From contig NZ_JACHOO010000004.1 of assembly GCF_014199915.1 (NCBI RefSeq), positions 18,024-42,023 of the forward strand: a DNA stretch of 24,000 bases, written 5' to 3'. The translations under genes were made by a program, and so were the position numbers. Shown here piece by piece: positions 22,229-24,000 of this stretch. The DNA is from Prosthecomicrobium pneumaticum. GTDB lineage: Bacteria > Pseudomonadota > Alphaproteobacteria > Rhizobiales > Kaistiaceae. Position 1 is the stretch's first letter. Each line of letters opens with the position of its first letter. The notes beneath the pieces were generated by a model that ran no database searches, was not told where the DNA came from, and saw only the letters and a program-made list of their open reading frames with translations.

Positions 22229-23797
22229 ATGTCCGAGACCCCGCTCGACGTCGTGTCGATCAGCGGCGTCGTCAAGCGCTTCGGCGATTTCACGGCGATC
22301 CACGACGCCTCGCTCACCGTCCGCCGCGGCGAGGTGCACGCGATCGTCGGTGAGAACGGCGCCGGCAAGTCGACGCTGATGAACATTCTCTACGGCCTCC
22401 TGCCGCGCGACGCCGGCACGATCGAGCTGTTCGGACGGCCGGTCACCTTCTCGGGGCCCGCCGAGGCGATCGCCGCCGGCGTCGGCATGGTGCATCAGCA
22501 TTTCAAGCTGGCGCCCTCCTTCACCGTCGCCGACAACATCATCCTCGGCTCGGAGCCGCTCGCCGGCTATGGCCGCATCGACCGGGCGAGGGCGGAGCGC
22601 GACACCGCCGCGATCAGCCGCCGCTTCGGGCTCGATCTCGATCCGCGCGCGGTCGTCGGCGCGCTGCCGGTCGGACTGCGCCAGCGCGTCGAGATCCTGA
22701 AGACGCTCTATCGCGAGGCGCAGATCCTCATCCTCGACGAGCCGACCGCCGTGCTCACCCCGCAGGAGACGCGCGAACTCTTCGCCACCATGCGCACCCT
22801 CGCCGAGAGCGGCCATTCGATCGTCTTCATCACCCACAAGCTGCGCGAGGTGCTCGCCGTCTCGAACCGAATCTCGGTGATGCGGCAGGGCCGCATCGTC
22901 GCGACGCTCGACAATGAGGGCGTCACCGCGCAGGAGATCGCCGGCCTGATGGTCGGCCGCTCGGTGCTCCTGCGCGTCAAGAAGGCGAAGGCCGAGGCGC
23001 GCGACGAGGTGCTCCTCAAGGTCGACGGGCTGGAGGCGCGCGGCGAGCGCGGCGAGGCGGCCGTCGACGGGCTGTCCTTCGCGGTCCGCTCGGGAGAGAT
23101 CGTCGGCCTCGCCGGTGTCCAGGGCAACGGCCAGGACGAGCTCGTCGAGTGCATTGCGGGCCTGCGCCGGCCGGTCGCCGGCTCGGTCGAGATCTGCGGC
23201 ACGAAGGCGGTCGCCGATCCGCGGAGAAACCGCGCCGCCGGCCTCGCCTACGTCCCCGCCGATCGCGGCGGCGTCGGCCTGTCGCTCGCGAGCGGCATCT
23301 GGGAGAACCTCACCGTCGGCCATATCGAGGAATTCGGCCGCGGTCCGTTCCTCGCCATCAAGGCGGCACGGGCGCGCGCGGCCGAGCTGATCCGGCGCTT
23401 CGACGTGCGCGGCGCGACGCTCGACAAGCCGGCCGGCTCGCTCTCCGGCGGCAATCAGCAGAAGGTGCAGATCGCCCGCGAGCTGACCCGCGACGCGCGG
23501 CTCGTGATCGCCGAACAGCCCTCGCAAGGGGTCGACATCGGCGCGATCGAATCGATCCACCGCACGCTCGTCGAGATGCGCGACGCCGGACGCGCCGTGT
23601 TCGTCGTCTCGGCCGATCTCGACGAGATCTTTTCGCTCTCCGACCGCATCCTCGTCATCTATCGCGGCCGGATCGTCGCCGACCTCGTCGCCTCCGAGAC
23701 CGATCCCGAAACGGTCGGCCGCTATATGGGCGGTCTCGAGGAGGCGCCGCCCGCAGCAGCCGCCAGCGTCAGCGAGGCCGCCGACCATGTCCACTGA
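22229..23797 (+). CDS. ABC transporter ATP-binding protein with two fused ATPase domains (CUT2 / ribose-nucleoside type)
   Basis: 522 aa. First Walker [10 protein letters not shown] and Walker [12 protein letters not shown]. The second domain has [19 protein letters not shown] and [11 protein letters not shown]. Confidence 0.93.
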   Translation: MSETPLDVVSISGVVKRFGDFTAIHDASLTVRRGEVHAIVGENGAGKSTLMNILYGLLPRDAGTIELFGRPVTFSGPAEAIAAGVGMVHQHFKLAPSFTVADNIILGSEPLAGYGRIDRARAERDTAAISRRFGLDLDPRAVVGALPVGLRQRVEILKTLYREAQILILDEPTAVLTPQETRELFATMRTLAESGHSIVFITHKLREVLAVSNRISVMRQGRIVATLDNEGVTAQEIAGLMVGRSVLLRVKKAKAEARDEVLLKVDGLEARGERGEAAVDGLSFAVRSGEIVGLAGVQGNGQDELVECIAGLRRPVAGSVEICGTKAVADPRRNRAAGLAYVPADRGGVGLSLASGIWENLTVGHIEEFGRGPFLAIKAARARAAELIRRFDVRGATLDKPAGSLSGGNQQKVQIARELTRDARLVIAEQPSQGVDIGAIESIHRTLVEMRDAGRAVFVVSADLDEIFSLSDRILVIYRGRIVADLVASETDPETVGRYMGGLEEAPPAAAASVSEAADHVH

Positions 23798-24000
23798 GGC
23801 TCTCGACGCCGCGCCGTCCTTCCCGCTCGCCGGGCTCGTCAAACCGCTCGTCCAGCCGCTCGTCGCGGTGGCGATCGCCGTCCTCGTCGGCGGGCTCCTG
23901 GTGCTGGCGCTCGGCGAGAACCCGATCGAGGTCTATTCGATCCTCGTCCACGGCAGCCTCGTCGGCTGGCCGAACTTCCTCGTCACGCTGCAGATGATGA
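23787..24000 (+). CDS. ABC transporter permease (BMP-type system); 3' end beyond the window
   Basis: Not in the ORF track because there is no stop in the window. ATG 23787 overlaps the ATPase end by 11 nt. My translation [71 protein letters not shown] has a TM helix and the GENP...Y motif usual at the N-terminus of these permeases. Confidence 0.75.
   Translation, partial: MSTEALDAAPSFPLAGLVKPLVQPLVAVAIAVLVGGLLVLALGENPIEVYSILVHGSLVGWPNFLVTLQMM

Noticed and set aside
21017-23842. 941-aa minus-strand ORF opposite the BMP binding protein and ABC ATPase genes.
   Set aside because: Same artefact as above. It lies opposite genes with Walker, signature and BMP motifs, and its composition is Arg/Asp/Gly-dominated with no motifs.
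1-24000. Scan for tRNA/rRNA, CRISPR repeats, IS ends/transposases, integrases, toxin-antitoxin pairs and defence-system hallmarks (nucleases, helicases, methyltransferases, STAND/TIR/Sir2-type proteins).
   Set aside because: None seen. All sizeable intergenic regions were read on both strands. Every well-supported ORF falls into transport, metabolism, regulation or translation families. I therefore do not claim a defence or mobile system in this window.

Overview
This is a very GC-rich (by eye about 70% G+C), gene-dense bacterial chromosomal segment. Gene content and codon style look alphaproteobacterial (Hyphomicrobiales-like), but that placement is inference only.

I can support 23 protein-coding genes. 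I found no rRNA, tRNA, CRISPR array, IS/transposase, integrase or phage genes.

Gene order:
- sitABCD-type Mn/Fe ABC importer (sitA cut by the window edge).
- Two tandem GNAT acetyltransferases on the minus strand, one of them phosphinothricin/methionine-sulfoximine-acetyltransferase-like, divergent from a LysR regulator.
- lepA (EF4).
- A DUF2231 membrane protein.
- An ALDH7-type aminoadipate-semialdehyde dehydrogenase.
- A minus-strand, translationally coupled operon: formamidase-like amidase, extended SDR, FAH-family hydrolase.
- A complete minus-strand efeUOB iron-uptake operon, whose EfeU carries a ~290-aa C-terminal extension.
- A 634-bp intergenic region with an AT-rich island and repeats.
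- A co-directional locus that runs off the window: HutC-type GntR, PfkB kinase, double-SIS protein, BtpA/SgcQ TIM-barrel protein, and a BMP-family ABC importer (binding protein, double ATPase, first permease).

The many long ORFs antisense to or extending these genes are high-GC artefacts.

Nothing here resembles a defence system or mobile island. The best candidate for undescribed biology is the GntR/PfkB/SIS/BtpA/BMP-transporter locus. The extended EfeU and the amidase/SDR/FAH operon come next. All functional assignments come from reading motifs in the supplied translations; no database search was possible.
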